The translations under genes were made by a program, and so were the position numbers. This document shows, piece after piece, positions 27,739-38,343 of a stretch of 64,000 bases of DNA (position 1 is the stretch's first letter; every line of letters begins with the position of its first letter). This DNA comes from Bradymonadia bacterium (GTDB taxonomy: Bacteria; Myxococcota_A; Bradymonadia; UBA7976; UBA1532): NCBI GenBank assembly GCA_046290225.1, contig JBKAGE010000035.1:32001-96000 (forward strand), read 5' to 3'. The notes beneath the pieces were generated by a model, which saw only the letters and a program-made list of their open reading frames with translations, did no database searches and had not been told where the DNA came from.

Positions 27739-28481
27739 TTCGCCGTCCTCTTCACCTGCACCTGCTCACCTGTGAGCCCGAACCGTCGCTGCCGCCCGTT
27801 GAACACCTCGAGGGCCTCTTGAAGGTGGGCGCGATCGAACTCCGGCCAGGGCACCGGGCTGAAGTACAGCTCGGCGTAGGCGGCCTGCCACAGCAGGAAG
27901 TTGCTCAGGCGCTCTTCACCGCTGGTGCGGATGATCAGGTCTGGATCGGGCGTATCAGCGGTGTAGAGCTGTCGAGCCAGGGTGCCCTCGTCGATCTCGT
28001 CGGCCTTGAGCGTGCCCGCAGCCACCTGCTGGGCCACGGCCCGAGCAGCCCGGGCGATCTCTTCGCGACCGCCGTAGCTCAGCGCGAGGGTGAGCACCAT
28101 GCCGGTGTTCTTGCTGCTCGCCCGCATCAGCTCGTAAAGCGGCAGCCGCACAAAGGCCGGCAGCCGCTTCGTCTCGCCGATGGTGGTGAGCCTGATGTTG
28201 TTGTCCAGGATCTCGCGCCGTTGCCCTCGCACATAGTCGAGCAGCAGGCCCATCAGACCGTTCACCTCAGAGGTGGGTCGTTGCCAGTTCTGCTCGCTGA
28301 AGGCGTAAAGGGTCAGGTAGCCGATGCCGATCTCACGACACATGCGCACGATACGATTCACCGCCTCTGCCCCTGCCCGGTGGCCTTCGATGCGGGGCAT
28401 GCCCTGTTGACGGGCCCAGCGACCGTTGCCGTCCATGATGATGGCGATGTGTGCAGGTGAGGGTGGAGTCGGGTGATTCAT
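27732..28481 (-). CDS. uppS: Undecaprenyl diphosphate synthase
   Basis: HIAIIMDGNGRWA, YAFSEQNW.RP, YGGREEI, IRTSGE.RLSNFLLWQ. Confidence 0.97.
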   Translation of the reverse strand: MNHPTPPSPAHIAIIMDGNGRWARQQGMPRIEGHRAGAEAVNRIVRMCREIGIGYLTLYAFSEQNWQRPTSEVNGLMGLLLDYVRGQRREILDNNIRLTTIGETKRLPAFVRLPLYELMRASSKNTGMVLTLALSYGGREEIARAARAVAQQVAAGTLKADEIDEGTLARQLYTADTPDPDLIIRTSGEERLSNFLLWQAAYAELYFSPVPWPEFDRAHLQEALEVFNGRQRRFGLTGEQVQVKRTAKC

Positions 28482-28656
28482 AATACGGTGTGTCAATGAT
28501 TGCGATCAGCAAACCTATCGGCGCGAGAACGCGGCATCCTAAACGCCTTCGGGTCAGTTCGGTAGGCGTATTTTTCGTGACGGTGCGCCGCATTGAGCCA
28601 CCCATGTGAGTGAGAGAGGGTCGACGACGAGTATGCGGTGTGGTTATGTGCGAGCT

Positions 28657-29679
28657 ATGAGTGTGGCCCCCGAAGAACTCCTGACAGCCTATCCCATCGG
28701 GACCATTCGTCAGGTGATCCCCATCAGCAAAGGGCTGATGCACACCACCCTCGATGTGAACGCCGAGGCCGGCCGTTTCATCTTCCAGCGGCTGCACCAC
28801 AAGCTCAGCACCCCAGAGATCGTCAACGATTACGCTGCTGTGACGGCCCACCTCGCCGCCAGAGGTGCCGTGAGCCCTCGTCTGGTGACCGCCACGGACG
28901 GGCGGCTGGTCGTCGAAGACGACCAGGGTCGCTGGTGGCGACTGTCCACCTTCATCGAAGGCGACACCCCCACCCGAGTAGATCGACCGGAGCAGGCCCT
29001 CGAGGGGGCCCGTGCCCTTGGGCGGTTCCACACCGTCATGGCCGACATTCCCCACACGTTTGGCTCTCAGCACCCCCTGCACGACATGGAAGGTCACCTG
29101 CGGCGCCTCGAGCAAGCTGCCGCCCGCCCCGAATACCGAGAGGCCCTCGTCGACATCCGCGACGAGGTCGAAGAGGTCGCGGGCAAGCTCTCTGAGGTGC
29201 TGCTCCCCAAGGGGCTGCCTCAGCGGGTGGTCCACGGTGATCCCAAGATCAGCAACATCATGTTCAAGGGTGATCGAGCTGTGGCCATGATCGATCTCGA
29301 CACGTGCATGCGCCACAGCGTGCTCGTCGACCTCGGTGATGCGGTGCGGTCGTGGTGCAAGGGGGGCACCGAAGATGTGAAGCAGGCGTTTCAGCTCGAT
29401 CGGTTCGAGGCCCTCGTGGAAGGTTACGCCGAGACCGGGCCACCCCTCACCGAGGCAGAGCTCGATTTGCTGCCCGAGGCGGGTCGCATGATCACCTTGG
29501 AACTGGCCTCACGGTTTTTGCGGGATGTGCTTGAGGACGAGTACTTCGCCTGGGACGCCGACGCCTATCCGGATCGACGCAGCCACAACCGGGCCCGGGG
29601 TCGGGCCATGCTGCACCTCGCCAACGACATGCAGGCGAAACGCGTTCAGATCGACGCAGTGGTTCAGCGGCTCCGCTGA
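28657..29679 (+). CDS. Aminoglycoside phosphotransferase / N-acetylhexosamine kinase-like protein
   Basis: HGDPKISN catalytic loop, IDLDT, DLGDAVRS. Confidence 0.85.
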   Translation: MSVAPEELLTAYPIGTIRQVIPISKGLMHTTLDVNAEAGRFIFQRLHHKLSTPEIVNDYAAVTAHLAARGAVSPRLVTATDGRLVVEDDQGRWWRLSTFIEGDTPTRVDRPEQALEGARALGRFHTVMADIPHTFGSQHPLHDMEGHLRRLEQAAARPEYREALVDIRDEVEEVAGKLSEVLLPKGLPQRVVHGDPKISNIMFKGDRAVAMIDLDTCMRHSVLVDLGDAVRSWCKGGTEDVKQAFQLDRFEALVEGYAETGPPLTEAELDLLPEAGRMITLELASRFLRDVLEDEYFAWDADAYPDRRSHNRARGRAMLHLANDMQAKRVQIDAVVQRLR

Positions 29680-29706
29680 CCTGCGCCCACCTCTCAGAGA
29701 AATCTC

Positions 29707-30867
29707 TCAGTAACCCGCCTCTGCGAGCTCCGCCGCCATCGTGCGGTAGAAGCGCACTGCGTCGAAGCCGGTGTCGGCGTCAGCCCCTTCGTTCTTGACC
29801 TGGCCCACCTCGTCGAGGTGATCAGCGGGGATGCAGCCTCGGAAGGCGCCCCACTTGGCACTTTCCACGGTGACCATGCCATCGTTGGGGGTCAGATCGA
29901 AGCCACCGGCGGTGATACCCGCCAGCGGGGCCAGCGTGACGTGCATGCGATCAGAGGTGCCCTTGTGGCGCAGATCGAGATCGCCACAGGCCTCCGCCTC
30001 GCGGCGGGTGTTGGGCAGGCCCAGCACGCTCGAGACCCCGGCCCAGCTCTGATACATCACCCGATCGTCGTCGGCGTGCTCTGCGTTGAAGGCCGCCACG
30101 CCCTCAGTGCTGATGGCGTAGAGCGCCGCCCGAAGATCAGCATCCTCGGAGACCTCGCTGTAGGTACGGCCCCAGAGGGCTGCAAGAGCGTTGAGCTTGC
30201 GATCGAAGACGTCGGGCAGCACCTTCAGGGCGAAGTCGGCCACCGCGGAGCCCTGGTGGGGGCTGGAGATGGTGGTGAGCGTGGCCACCCGGTCGCCGTA
30301 GCCCAGGGCGCTGATCACATAGCGCCCGTCGAGGCCACCCATAGAATGGGCGATGAGGTTCACCTTCTCGGCGCCGGTCTCTTCGAGCACGGCGTCGATG
30401 TAAGGAGCAAGGTGAGCCGCCCGGGTCTCGATGCTGTGATAGGGCGGCACCTCGGCGATGTAGACCGCGTGGCCATCGGCGGCGAGGGCCTCGGGCACCA
30501 GGTAGAAGCCCCAGCGGTTCGAGGGGCTGGCGTCGAAGCCATGGGCCAGCACGATGGGGTAATGGGTTGCCTTGATGTCTGCCGGAGGCTCGAAGAGAGG
30601 CTCGGCGTCGCAATCGGTGTCGTGATCCCAGCAGTACCAGTCACACGAGCCGTCGCCGTACCAGCCCCACCAGTCACAGGGGTCCACCGACCAGTCGGCC
30701 TTGCCGTTGATCGTCGAGTCGGCGGCCTCGGCCTTGGTCGAGGGCAAGCCCTGGGGCGCCTCTGATGCGCCGGGCTGCTCCGGGGCGTCGGTGTCGTTTT
30801 CAGTGCCGCAGGCCACAAGAGCCGTGGTCAGGCAGAGCACACCCGTAACGCGGGCCAGAACATGCAT
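29707..30867 (-). CDS. Triacylglycerol lipase family lipoprotein
   Basis: LVAC lipobox; PIVLAHG, AHSMGG, NDGMV, DHLDEVG. Confidence 0.9.
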   Translation of the reverse strand: MHVLARVTGVLCLTTALVACGTENDTDAPEQPGASEAPQGLPSTKAEAADSTINGKADWSVDPCDWWGWYGDGSCDWYCWDHDTDCDAEPLFEPPADIKATHYPIVLAHGFDASPSNRWGFYLVPEALAADGHAVYIAEVPPYHSIETRAAHLAPYIDAVLEETGAEKVNLIAHSMGGLDGRYVISALGYGDRVATLTTISSPHQGSAVADFALKVLPDVFDRKLNALAALWGRTYSEVSEDADLRAALYAISTEGVAAFNAEHADDDRVMYQSWAGVSSVLGLPNTRREAEACGDLDLRHKGTSDRMHVTLAPLAGITAGGFDLTPNDGMVTVESAKWGAFRGCIPADHLDEVGQVKNEGADADTGFDAVRFYRTMAAELAEAGY

Positions 30868-30945
30868 CGTTCACCTCCGTGAATGGTGAACTGAGCATAT
30901 GAGCAAATCACAGGCCAGACTTCGAAATGTACATGTAGGCTGATT

Positions 30946-32133
30946 TCAGGGCATCGGAGGGGGCATGACGACCTCTCCAGTGGTCACTGGATCAGCCACC
31001 GCCTCAGCGAGCACCCTGTGTATCGCGGCCTGGAAGGCTGCGACGTCGAGGCTGGGCGTCTCGTGACACCACGAGAAGCGCATCGCGCCATCGGCCACCT
31101 CGGGGGCGACCCCCATGGCCAGCAGCGCCGGGCTGGTCTGTGGTTGCCCTGCGCTGCAGGCCGGCCCTGCGGAGATGGACACCACAGGGGAGAGCAGCTC
31201 CACCGCCAGAGGGGCATCGAGATGGGGAAAGGCCACCGTGCGCACGTGAGGTACGCGGTACTGCCCATCACCGAAGACCACCGGCTGGAAGGGTGCCATC
31301 GCCTCATCGAACCGCACACCCCAAGCCCGAGACATCACCGAGCGATCAGCCGACTCGGAGACCACCAGCTCCACGGCGTGACCCATGGCGGCCACGAGGG
31401 CCACCGGTGGGGTCCCTGAGCGAAATCCCCCCTCCTGCCCACCGCCATACGTGCGCGGCGCCAGGATCTGCGGGTGCGTCGCCCGACCTTTGATGATCAG
31501 GGCGCCGACGCCTTGGGGGCCGTACATCTTGTGGGCGCTGAGGCTGACGAGATCGACCGCCGGGTGAGCCAGGGGACCATGATCGTGGGCGAACCCCTGA
31601 GCAGCATCGACATGGAAGATCAGCTGTCGATCAGCGACGGCCTCGGCGATGGCTTCGATGGGCTGGATGATCCCCGTCTCACCTTGCACGTGTACCACCG
31701 AGATCAGGCACGTGTCGGGTCGCACCCGGGCAGCGATCTCTGCCGGGTCGACCCGACCAGAGGGACCCACTGGGACCGTCTCGACGTCATACCCCGCCCA
31801 GGAGAGGTACTGCAGCGGCGCCTTCACCGAGCTGTGCTCGAGGGGGGTGGTCAGGATGTGAGAGCGGGTACGCCCTGATACACCACCGGCTACGCCGAAG
31901 AGCGCCATGTTGTTGCTCTCGGTGGCCCCGCTCGTGAAGACCACCCCATCAGGAGGACAGCCCACTGCGGCGGCGAGGGTGGCCCGAGCCTGCTCGATGG
32001 CATACCGCGCACGACGGCCTGCAGGGTGGCGGGTGTTGCCGGGGTTGCCCGGTTGGGCGAGCCAGGTGAGCAAAGTCTCCTGCACCCGATCGTCGATGGG
32101 GGTCGAGGCGTTACAGTCGAGGTACAGACTCAT
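30946..32133 (-). CDS. Cysteine desulfurase (IscS/NifS/DndA-like)
   Basis: YLDCNAST, FTSGATESNN, HVDAAQ, SAHKMYGP (PLP Lys), RSGT, SAGPAC (catalytic Cys). Confidence 0.9.
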   Translation of the reverse strand: MSLYLDCNASTPIDDRVQETLLTWLAQPGNPGNTRHPAGRRARYAIEQARATLAAAVGCPPDGVVFTSGATESNNMALFGVAGGVSGRTRSHILTTPLEHSSVKAPLQYLSWAGYDVETVPVGPSGRVDPAEIAARVRPDTCLISVVHVQGETGIIQPIEAIAEAVADRQLIFHVDAAQGFAHDHGPLAHPAVDLVSLSAHKMYGPQGVGALIIKGRATHPQILAPRTYGGGQEGGFRSGTPPVALVAAMGHAVELVVSESADRSVMSRAWGVRFDEAMAPFQPVVFGDGQYRVPHVRTVAFPHLDAPLAVELLSPVVSISAGPACSAGQPQTSPALLAMGVAPEVADGAMRFSWCHETPSLDVAAFQAAIHRVLAEAVADPVTTGEVVMPPPMP

Positions 32134-32443
32134 CAGGGGCCTCCAGCTGATCGAGGGCCTGTTCCACGCGTTGATGGATTTGCGCCCGGAGCTCCAGAGA
32201 GGTACGGCTGCGGTGATAGAGACTCACCTCACCAGGACGCTCCCCGATGCGGAGTTCGAGCACATGAGGCACCGTGAGGCGCACCACAGCGCCCCCAGGC
32301 CAGGGCTCGTCCACTCGACAGGCCTGAGGCCACAAGGGCGAGAGCGCCTCTACGAGATCTGAAGTCGGCCGTGGGGGGTCGAGCCTGTAGAAGAAGTGCA
32401 GCCCCCGCATGCAGCGAGGGCTCTGAGTGAGGGTCCACGACAT
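32111..32443 (-). CDS. Hypothetical protein
   Basis: Fills the gap between V4R and desulfurase genes with tight spacing and overlap. Confidence 0.55.
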   Translation of the reverse strand: MSWTLTQSPRCMRGLHFFYRLDPPRPTSDLVEALSPLWPQACRVDEPWPGGAVVRLTVPHVLELRIGERPGEVSLYHRSRTSLELRAQIHQRVEQALDQLEAPDESVPRL

Positions 32444-32450
32444 GACCGGC

Positions 32451-33677
32451 TCAACGCCAGGCGACGATCTCGGTGTAATCGTCGCCCATGGCCATGCATT
32501 TGGTCTCTTCGACCTTGAAGCCGTCGGGAGACTCGAAGACCTTCACGAAGAAGTCGCGATCGAGGGTGGGCTTGCTGGCGATGTCGCCCACGTGCACCAG
32601 GTTCATGGTGCCCACGACGCCCGCTCGGGCGAGGTAGCAAATCGGACGATCCGCAGTGCCGTACAGACCCACATATCCGCGACTCTCATAGTCGTCGTAG
32701 ATGCGGACCACCAGCTTGTCATCGCTGATCTCTGCCACTCGCCAGGTGCCCCAGCCCAGGGCGTTCACCGTGGCCACCATGCCGTGCACCCAGTCGGCCT
32801 TCGTCTGGCACTGGGGCTTGATGACCGCGTCCCACTCGGCGCTGGTCATGATGCCGCCGAAGGTGTTGAACGCGCAGTGGTAGCCAGCGTTCACCAGCAA
32901 GTCTTCCGCAGCCTCGAGCAGGCCCATCTCGCTCATACGGTGCACGAACTCGAAAGAGATGCGGTTGTAGAAGTTGGCAAAGTGGCGCGTGAGCACCACC
33001 CCGAAGCGGGGAATAAAGCCCTCTTCGTTGCCGCTGAAGTCGAGGCCCGACAAGGCCTCGAGGGTCTTCCCCTCGTCCACCGAGGTGTCGCCATAGGGCG
33101 GCGGCGCCACGTCGCCCGAGCCGAAGCCGTTGGCGGCGCTGCGGTAGAGGCGATCTTCGAGGTGCTCGTGCTTTGACAACTCGATGCGGCCCTCGCTGTC
33201 ACCCACTGAGAGGCAGCTCACGGCCTTGGCGGCGAACTGGCGGGCGGGCAACCCATGGATCGCCGCCAGAGCACCAGCGGCATAGCCCTGATCAAAGAAG
33301 CTCTGCTGGGTCGAGTGGTTGGTGCCGGGCTCTTCACGGGCCAGCTTGGTCATCTGGCCATAGTGAGAGGTGGGGGTCACCACGACGCCACCCTCGGCCG
33401 TGGCCTTCGAGAAGTCGATGGTGCCAAAGCCCAGCTCCGCAAAGGTGTCGGCGGCCACCTTGGCCCGGGCCTCGGGGGTGTCGCCGGCCTTGGAGATCGC
33501 CGCATAGGCCACCGAAGCAGCGGCGTCGCGGATCACCTCTTCCATGCCGATGTCGGGCAGCAGCAAGGTCTGCTGCAAATGGTGGTTGTAGTGGTTGCAG
33601 TGGAAGATGAGCGGCTCGCGGCCATACAGGGCACGGCCATGACTCGCAGCAACGTTGGGCAACAGTGAACGTGACAT
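32451..33677 (-). CDS. Tandem V4R (4-vinyl reductase)-domain protein
   Basis: Two repeats of LG(F/W)G...G..AG...C.(S/A).GD; second has PICYL and ETKCMAMGD; AAGGAG RBS. Confidence 0.75.
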   Translation of the reverse strand: MSRSLLPNVAASHGRALYGREPLIFHCNHYNHHLQQTLLLPDIGMEEVIRDAAASVAYAAISKAGDTPEARAKVAADTFAELGFGTIDFSKATAEGGVVVTPTSHYGQMTKLAREEPGTNHSTQQSFFDQGYAAGALAAIHGLPARQFAAKAVSCLSVGDSEGRIELSKHEHLEDRLYRSAANGFGSGDVAPPPYGDTSVDEGKTLEALSGLDFSGNEEGFIPRFGVVLTRHFANFYNRISFEFVHRMSEMGLLEAAEDLLVNAGYHCAFNTFGGIMTSAEWDAVIKPQCQTKADWVHGMVATVNALGWGTWRVAEISDDKLVVRIYDDYESRGYVGLYGTADRPICYLARAGVVGTMNLVHVGDIASKPTLDRDFFVKVFESPDGFKVEETKCMAMGDDYTEIVAWR

Positions 33678-33696
33678 CTACATGACTCCTTGTGGC

Positions 33697-33867
33697 TCAG
33701 CGTCGATCGAGCTGTTGGATGGCGCCGCGGACTTCCCGCTCCAAATCAGCAGGCAGCGGGGTGTTTGGGTCCATCTTCCCGATGGCGGGCTTGCGCAGCA
33801 TCAAGATGACACGGGCCATCTTCATCCGGCCCATGTTGCCGGGAAACAGTTCTGAGAGCGTGGTCAT
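33697..33867 (-). CDS. 56-aa small protein (absent from ORF track)
   Basis: MTTLSELFPGNMGRMKMARVILMLRKPAIGKMDPNTPLPADLEREVRGAIQQLDRR; GAGGTGGAG RBS; stops 19 bp before the V4R start. Confidence 0.7.
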   Translation of the reverse strand: MTTLSELFPGNMGRMKMARVILMLRKPAIGKMDPNTPLPADLEREVRGAIQQLDRR

Positions 33868-33964
33868 GACTCACTCCACCTCATAACAGTCAAAAGCATT
33901 GTGTATTGCGGTAACGTTTGCATCGGAGAGTCACGTACCGCACTTGAACCAGAGTATTGTTTTT

Positions 33965-36115
33965 TCAGCTGTGGGCTTGCGCCACAGAGTCGCGCACCGA
34001 GGTGTTGATCTGATCTTTCAAGATCACCATCTGCTCCTCGAGCATCTTCGCTGACATGTCGAAGGCCTCGGCGGTGTCAGCCACAGCGGAGGCCTCGCTG
34101 GAGACCTGGGAGATACGATCGGTGACCTCGCGACTGCCTGCGGCGGCCTGACCCACGTTCCGAGCGATCTCGTTGGTGGCCGCAGACTGCTCTTCCACTG
34201 CGGCAGCGATCGAGGTGTTGATCTGATTCACCTCGTCGATGGTGCTGGCGATTTGGTTGATGGCCTCCACCGCCTCCTGCGTGATGTTGTTCATCGACTG
34301 CAGCTGATGGGCGATCTGCTCTGTGGAGCTCGCAGTCTGGTTGGCGAGGCTCTTGACCTCGTCGGCGACTACGGCGAAGCCCTTGCCTGCGTCACCGGCC
34401 CGGGCGGCCTCGATGGTGGCGTTCAAAGCCAGCAGGTTCGTCTGCTCCGCGATCTCCGAGATCAGGCTCACCACCTCACCGGCCTGATCTGCGGCGGCCT
34501 TGAGGCTCTGGACCACATCTTGAGTATTCCGGGCCTGATCGCTCGCGCCGGCGGCGGTGCGGGCTGCGTGGTTCACCTGGGACGAGATCTCAGTGATCGA
34601 AGCGGACAGCTCTTCTGCAGAGGCGGCGACAGTCTCTGTGTTCGCCAATGTCTGCTGGGCCGCAGCAGCCACAGCCTGGGCGTCTCCCTGCACTCGAGTC
34701 GAGGTGCCCACCAGATCGGTGGCCACGCTGCACATCATCTCTGTGGTCTCGGCGATCCCACTGACGGCGCTCTCGGTCTGGCCATGAATAAAGGTGGCCA
34801 TCTTCTCGAGCACCCGATCACGCTCCTGGGCGGCGGCGACGCGAGCAGCCTCTTGCTCAGCGAGCAGGTTTTGTCGCTCCTGCTCGCCTTGCCTCAAGAT
34901 GTCGAGGGCCATGGCGATCCGGCCAATCTCGTCGTGGCGATCTCGATGGGGCACCTCAATGCTGGTGTCGGCCTGCGCCAATCGGGTCATCAGATCGGTG
35001 AGGGTGACGATGGGCGTGGACACTCGGTTGCCAGCAACCCACCCGACGAAGTTGAGCACCCCGCCGAGCACCAGCACCCCGATGAGCAACGTCCAGGTCA
35101 TGGCGGTCACAGGCGCCAGAATCTCTGCTTCGTCCTGCAGCGTGAGCACTGCCCAACGCGCGCCATGAAAATCAAAGGACCCATAGGCGATCTTCTGCAT
35201 GGTGTCGCCGATGGTGGTGCACCCCACCCCCGACTCACCATTGAGCGCCTGCTTCGCCATCTCGATGTCCATCTTCGTCTTCAGGATGGTGGGCTCTTTG
35301 GTGAGCCGATCCTGATTGCGCAGCATGTAGTCTGCCCCGACGATGAGGCTACGACCGGTCTCGCCGAGGCCGTTGGTGTCGGCCATGATGCTGTTGAGTC
35401 GATCGATGGGCATCTGAAACGCGAGCACCCCGATGGGCTTGCCGTCGGCGCCGATCACCGGCGTAGAGATGAAGCTCGCCGGGGCGCCGTGGCTGGGGCC
35501 ATAGGGTTTGAAGTCTTTGAAGGTGACGGCCCCCTTCTGCCCTGACTCGAAGGCCCCTCGGAACACGTTGGCGAGATCAGTGTCCTTCCACTCGCCGGTG
35601 TTCATGTTGGTGGCGTAATCGAGCTCTTTGAACACCGTGTAGATGAGATCACCCTCGGTGTTGAACAAGAAGATGTCGTAGTACCCCTGAGTCCGCAGCA
35701 AGTTGCGAAACCATGGGTGCAGCCGCTGGTGCACAGCACTGTACTCAGAGCCGTCAGGAGCGAAGTCGAGCTCTTCTTTTTTACCCGTGGGGTTCGGGTT
35801 CTCGGTGATGTACAGACGCTGCAGCGTCTTCTCGGGGCCCTCGAGCTTCTGCCATGCCGCACCGAACTCGTTGATCGCTTGTTTGATCAACGGGCTGTCG
35901 GCGTTGATGAGCAGCTCGTTCTCGATGGCCTTCAGGTAATCTTTGAGCTGTTTTTGCCGGGCCTTCCCTACAGTGTCGAGGTGGGCCTCCGCCTGCTCGA
36001 TGGCGGCACTGGTGGCCGTCGAATACCCGATGAGACCACTCAATACAGTGCCGACGAGGCCCGCACCGATGATCAGCCACGTAATGCGGCCTTTCAATGA
36101 CAACTGACGTTTCAT
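33965..36115 (-). CDS. Methyl-accepting chemotaxis protein (dCache-HAMP-MA)
   Basis: TM, YYDIFL...YTVFKELDY dCache, TM, HAMP (DEIG), [30 protein letters not shown]. Confidence 0.95.
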   Translation of the reverse strand: MKRQLSLKGRITWLIIGAGLVGTVLSGLIGYSTATSAAIEQAEAHLDTVGKARQKQLKDYLKAIENELLINADSPLIKQAINEFGAAWQKLEGPEKTLQRLYITENPNPTGKKEELDFAPDGSEYSAVHQRLHPWFRNLLRTQGYYDIFLFNTEGDLIYTVFKELDYATNMNTGEWKDTDLANVFRGAFESGQKGAVTFKDFKPYGPSHGAPASFISTPVIGADGKPIGVLAFQMPIDRLNSIMADTNGLGETGRSLIVGADYMLRNQDRLTKEPTILKTKMDIEMAKQALNGESGVGCTTIGDTMQKIAYGSFDFHGARWAVLTLQDEAEILAPVTAMTWTLLIGVLVLGGVLNFVGWVAGNRVSTPIVTLTDLMTRLAQADTSIEVPHRDRHDEIGRIAMALDILRQGEQERQNLLAEQEAARVAAAQERDRVLEKMATFIHGQTESAVSGIAETTEMMCSVATDLVGTSTRVQGDAQAVAAAAQQTLANTETVAASAEELSASITEISSQVNHAARTAAGASDQARNTQDVVQSLKAAADQAGEVVSLISEIAEQTNLLALNATIEAARAGDAGKGFAVVADEVKSLANQTASSTEQIAHQLQSMNNITQEAVEAINQIASTIDEVNQINTSIAAAVEEQSAATNEIARNVGQAAAGSREVTDRISQVSSEASAVADTAEAFDMSAKMLEEQMVILKDQINTSVRDSVAQAHS

Positions 36116-36273
36116 TTCCCCTACTCCGACATCTCTGCGCACTTCTGTACGCGCAACGACCCCCCGATCGTATGGCCCGACTTCACAACACATAACGAAC
36201 ATGATGCAGAAGCGTTGAAGGAGAGGGTCAACGCGTACACTGACCCAAAGCAGGGTATTCGGAGGCGGGCAGG

Positions 36274-38328
36274 TCAGTCGTCGAGGAGCAGAACCATCAC
36301 TTTGTCTTCGAGGCCATCGGCAGAATAAGTCCGCGAGAAAGCAAGGCCCAACGCATTGTCGATGGTCGTGTGGGCACCGGCGCCCACAGCACGATGGCGG
36401 TTGCGGAACTGACCCAGGCGGCGCCAGTGGGCCAACAATGCAGGATCGTACTCATCCCAGTTCATGTCGGAGCGCGTGCTCTGCTCTTCGTCGCTGAGAA
36501 TCGGCCCCACAGGGCGTGCGGTCTCGTCGCCGTAGAAGATCTGCACGCCCCCAGGCATGAGCATCATGGCGGTGCCCACGTCGTACTGGGCCCCCATGTC
36601 GCCACCGGTCATGTGGAAGAAGAGATCAGTGTCGTGACTCGAGATGTAGGTGAGCACGTTGAAGGTGGGGTCGATGTTGATGCTGCCAGCATAGCTGGCG
36701 TACAGCGCGTCGAGCTGATCATGATCAGCGATCACCTGCTCGGCAACATCCTGGAAGTCGAAGTTGAGGACCGAATCGAAGCCGTTGTCGAAGTACTCGG
36801 TGCGCACCACGCTGTGGGGGAACACCTCGCCCGTCATCCAGAAGCCTGCGTCGTCGACGGCTTTCTCGGGGTTGGCGGCCTTCCACTCTGCGAGGGCTGC
36901 GGTGGAGGCATCTTTGAGGGCCTGCCACGAGGCGAACTCCACGTGCTTCGCCGTGTCGCAGCGGAACCCGTCGATGCCGAAGTTGCGCACCCAGTCGCTC
37001 TGCCACTTCACCAGGTAATCGCGAACCTTGTAGCCCTCGATGCGCTCAGCACGCGTATCGGCCTTGCGCTGCAGGAACACCGGGATGTCTTCGAGCGTGC
37101 GGAAGTCTTCGGTGATGAAGTCGGGCAAGAAGGCCAGCGAGCTGTTGAGATCGCTCATGCCCGGGCGGTTGTGCCCGGGGAAACCCGCCCTGATCCAGCG
37201 AGAGCCCCACCAGTTCTCCCAGGCGTCGCTCTCGTAATCCATGAAAACGTCGTTCCAGTCGTGCCACGTGCCGTTGGCCTCTGGGCGCCAGCCGTCGAGA
37301 CCGTCCGTGGTGCGAACCACCTCCGGCACGTATTCGGCCATGTCGTCGGCCGATGCATACCCCGGGTGGTTGATCACCACATCGAAGATCACCCGGATAC
37401 CGCGCTCGTGTGCGGCGTCGACGAAGGCTCTCAGCTCGTCTTCCGTACCGATGTTGGCGTCCATCTTGGTGAAGTCGAGGGCCCAGTACCCGTGATAGCC
37501 ATAGTGGGGGAAGTCGCCGCTGCCGCCACCCACCCAGCCGTGGATCTGCTCCACCGGTGAGGTCATCCAGATGGCGTTCACCCCCAGCTGCTCGAAGTAA
37601 TCGAGGCGATCCATGAGGCCCTGCACGTCGCCGCCGTGCCAGGTCCCCGAGCGCTCCTCAGCGGTGAAGCCTTCAGTGATCCGGCCATAGCTGTTGTCGT
37701 TGCTGGGATCACCATTCTCGAATCGATCGGTGATCACGAAGTAGACCGTGGCGTTGTCCCAGCTGAAGGGCAACGGCTCGGCCTCGGCCTCTTCGAGCAA
37801 CACCACCCCGCTCGGATCAGCGATGAGCGTCACGTTGCCGTCGTCACCCACAGTGGCCGTGCGGCCGGTGTAGGCGTCACGGATCTCGTCGCCCGCATCG
37901 AATGTGCTCGACACATCGACGGTGATCTCGGTGCCCTCCGGGGTACCTCCAGCGCCTCCAGCGCCGCCTGGATCTCCACCCATACCGGCGGCACCACCGG
38001 CGCCACCCGGGTCACCTCCGGCGCCGGCTTCACCGCCAGCGCCACCTGCACCACCAGGATCACCACCGGCTCCGCCAGCGCCGCCAGGTTCGCCACCGGC
38101 ACCAGCCGCACCGCCGGCGCCAGCACCTCCACCGGCGCCAGCGCCTCCGCCAGCGCCACCGGGCTCACCCGCAACACCGCCAGCTCCGGCTTCTCCACCG
38201 GCGCCTGCTTCGCCGCCCGCCTGCCCCCCGGTGTAGGGGTTGCCGGCGTTGTCGTAGTCATCATCTTCACAACCGTTAAAGCCCAGAGCTGCAACGGCAA
38301 CCAGGGCAGAGATCGAGAGTGATTTCAT
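36274..38328 (-). CDS. GH13 alpha-amylase (MalS-like) lipoprotein with Gly/Ala linker
   Basis: FNGC lipobox; [35 protein letters not shown]. Confidence 0.92.
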   Translation of the reverse strand: MKSLSISALVAVAALGFNGCEDDDYDNAGNPYTGGQAGGEAGAGGEAGAGGVAGEPGGAGGGAGAGGGAGAGGAAGAGGEPGGAGGAGGDPGGAGGAGGEAGAGGDPGGAGGAAGMGGDPGGAGGAGGTPEGTEITVDVSSTFDAGDEIRDAYTGRTATVGDDGNVTLIADPSGVVLLEEAEAEPLPFSWDNATVYFVITDRFENGDPSNDNSYGRITEGFTAEERSGTWHGGDVQGLMDRLDYFEQLGVNAIWMTSPVEQIHGWVGGGSGDFPHYGYHGYWALDFTKMDANIGTEDELRAFVDAAHERGIRVIFDVVINHPGYASADDMAEYVPEVVRTTDGLDGWRPEANGTWHDWNDVFMDYESDAWENWWGSRWIRAGFPGHNRPGMSDLNSSLAFLPDFITEDFRTLEDIPVFLQRKADTRAERIEGYKVRDYLVKWQSDWVRNFGIDGFRCDTAKHVEFASWQALKDASTAALAEWKAANPEKAVDDAGFWMTGEVFPHSVVRTEYFDNGFDSVLNFDFQDVAEQVIADHDQLDALYASYAGSINIDPTFNVLTYISSHDTDLFFHMTGGDMGAQYDVGTAMMLMPGGVQIFYGDETARPVGPILSDEEQSTRSDMNWDEYDPALLAHWRRLGQFRNRHRAVGAGAHTTIDNALGLAFSRTYSADGLEDKVMVLLLDD

Positions 38329-38343
38329 GTGGTGCGATCTCCT

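Noticed and set aside
30946..32133. Desulfurase as dndA of a phosphorothioation system or as iscS
   Set aside because: No dndBCDE, ssp or iscRUA genes nearby; the HscB/Hsp70 pair is about 30 kb away.
37940..38230. GC-rich short tandem repeats (also 24040-24200)
   Set aside because: They encode Gly/Ala linkers of lipoproteins and are not independent DNA elements.
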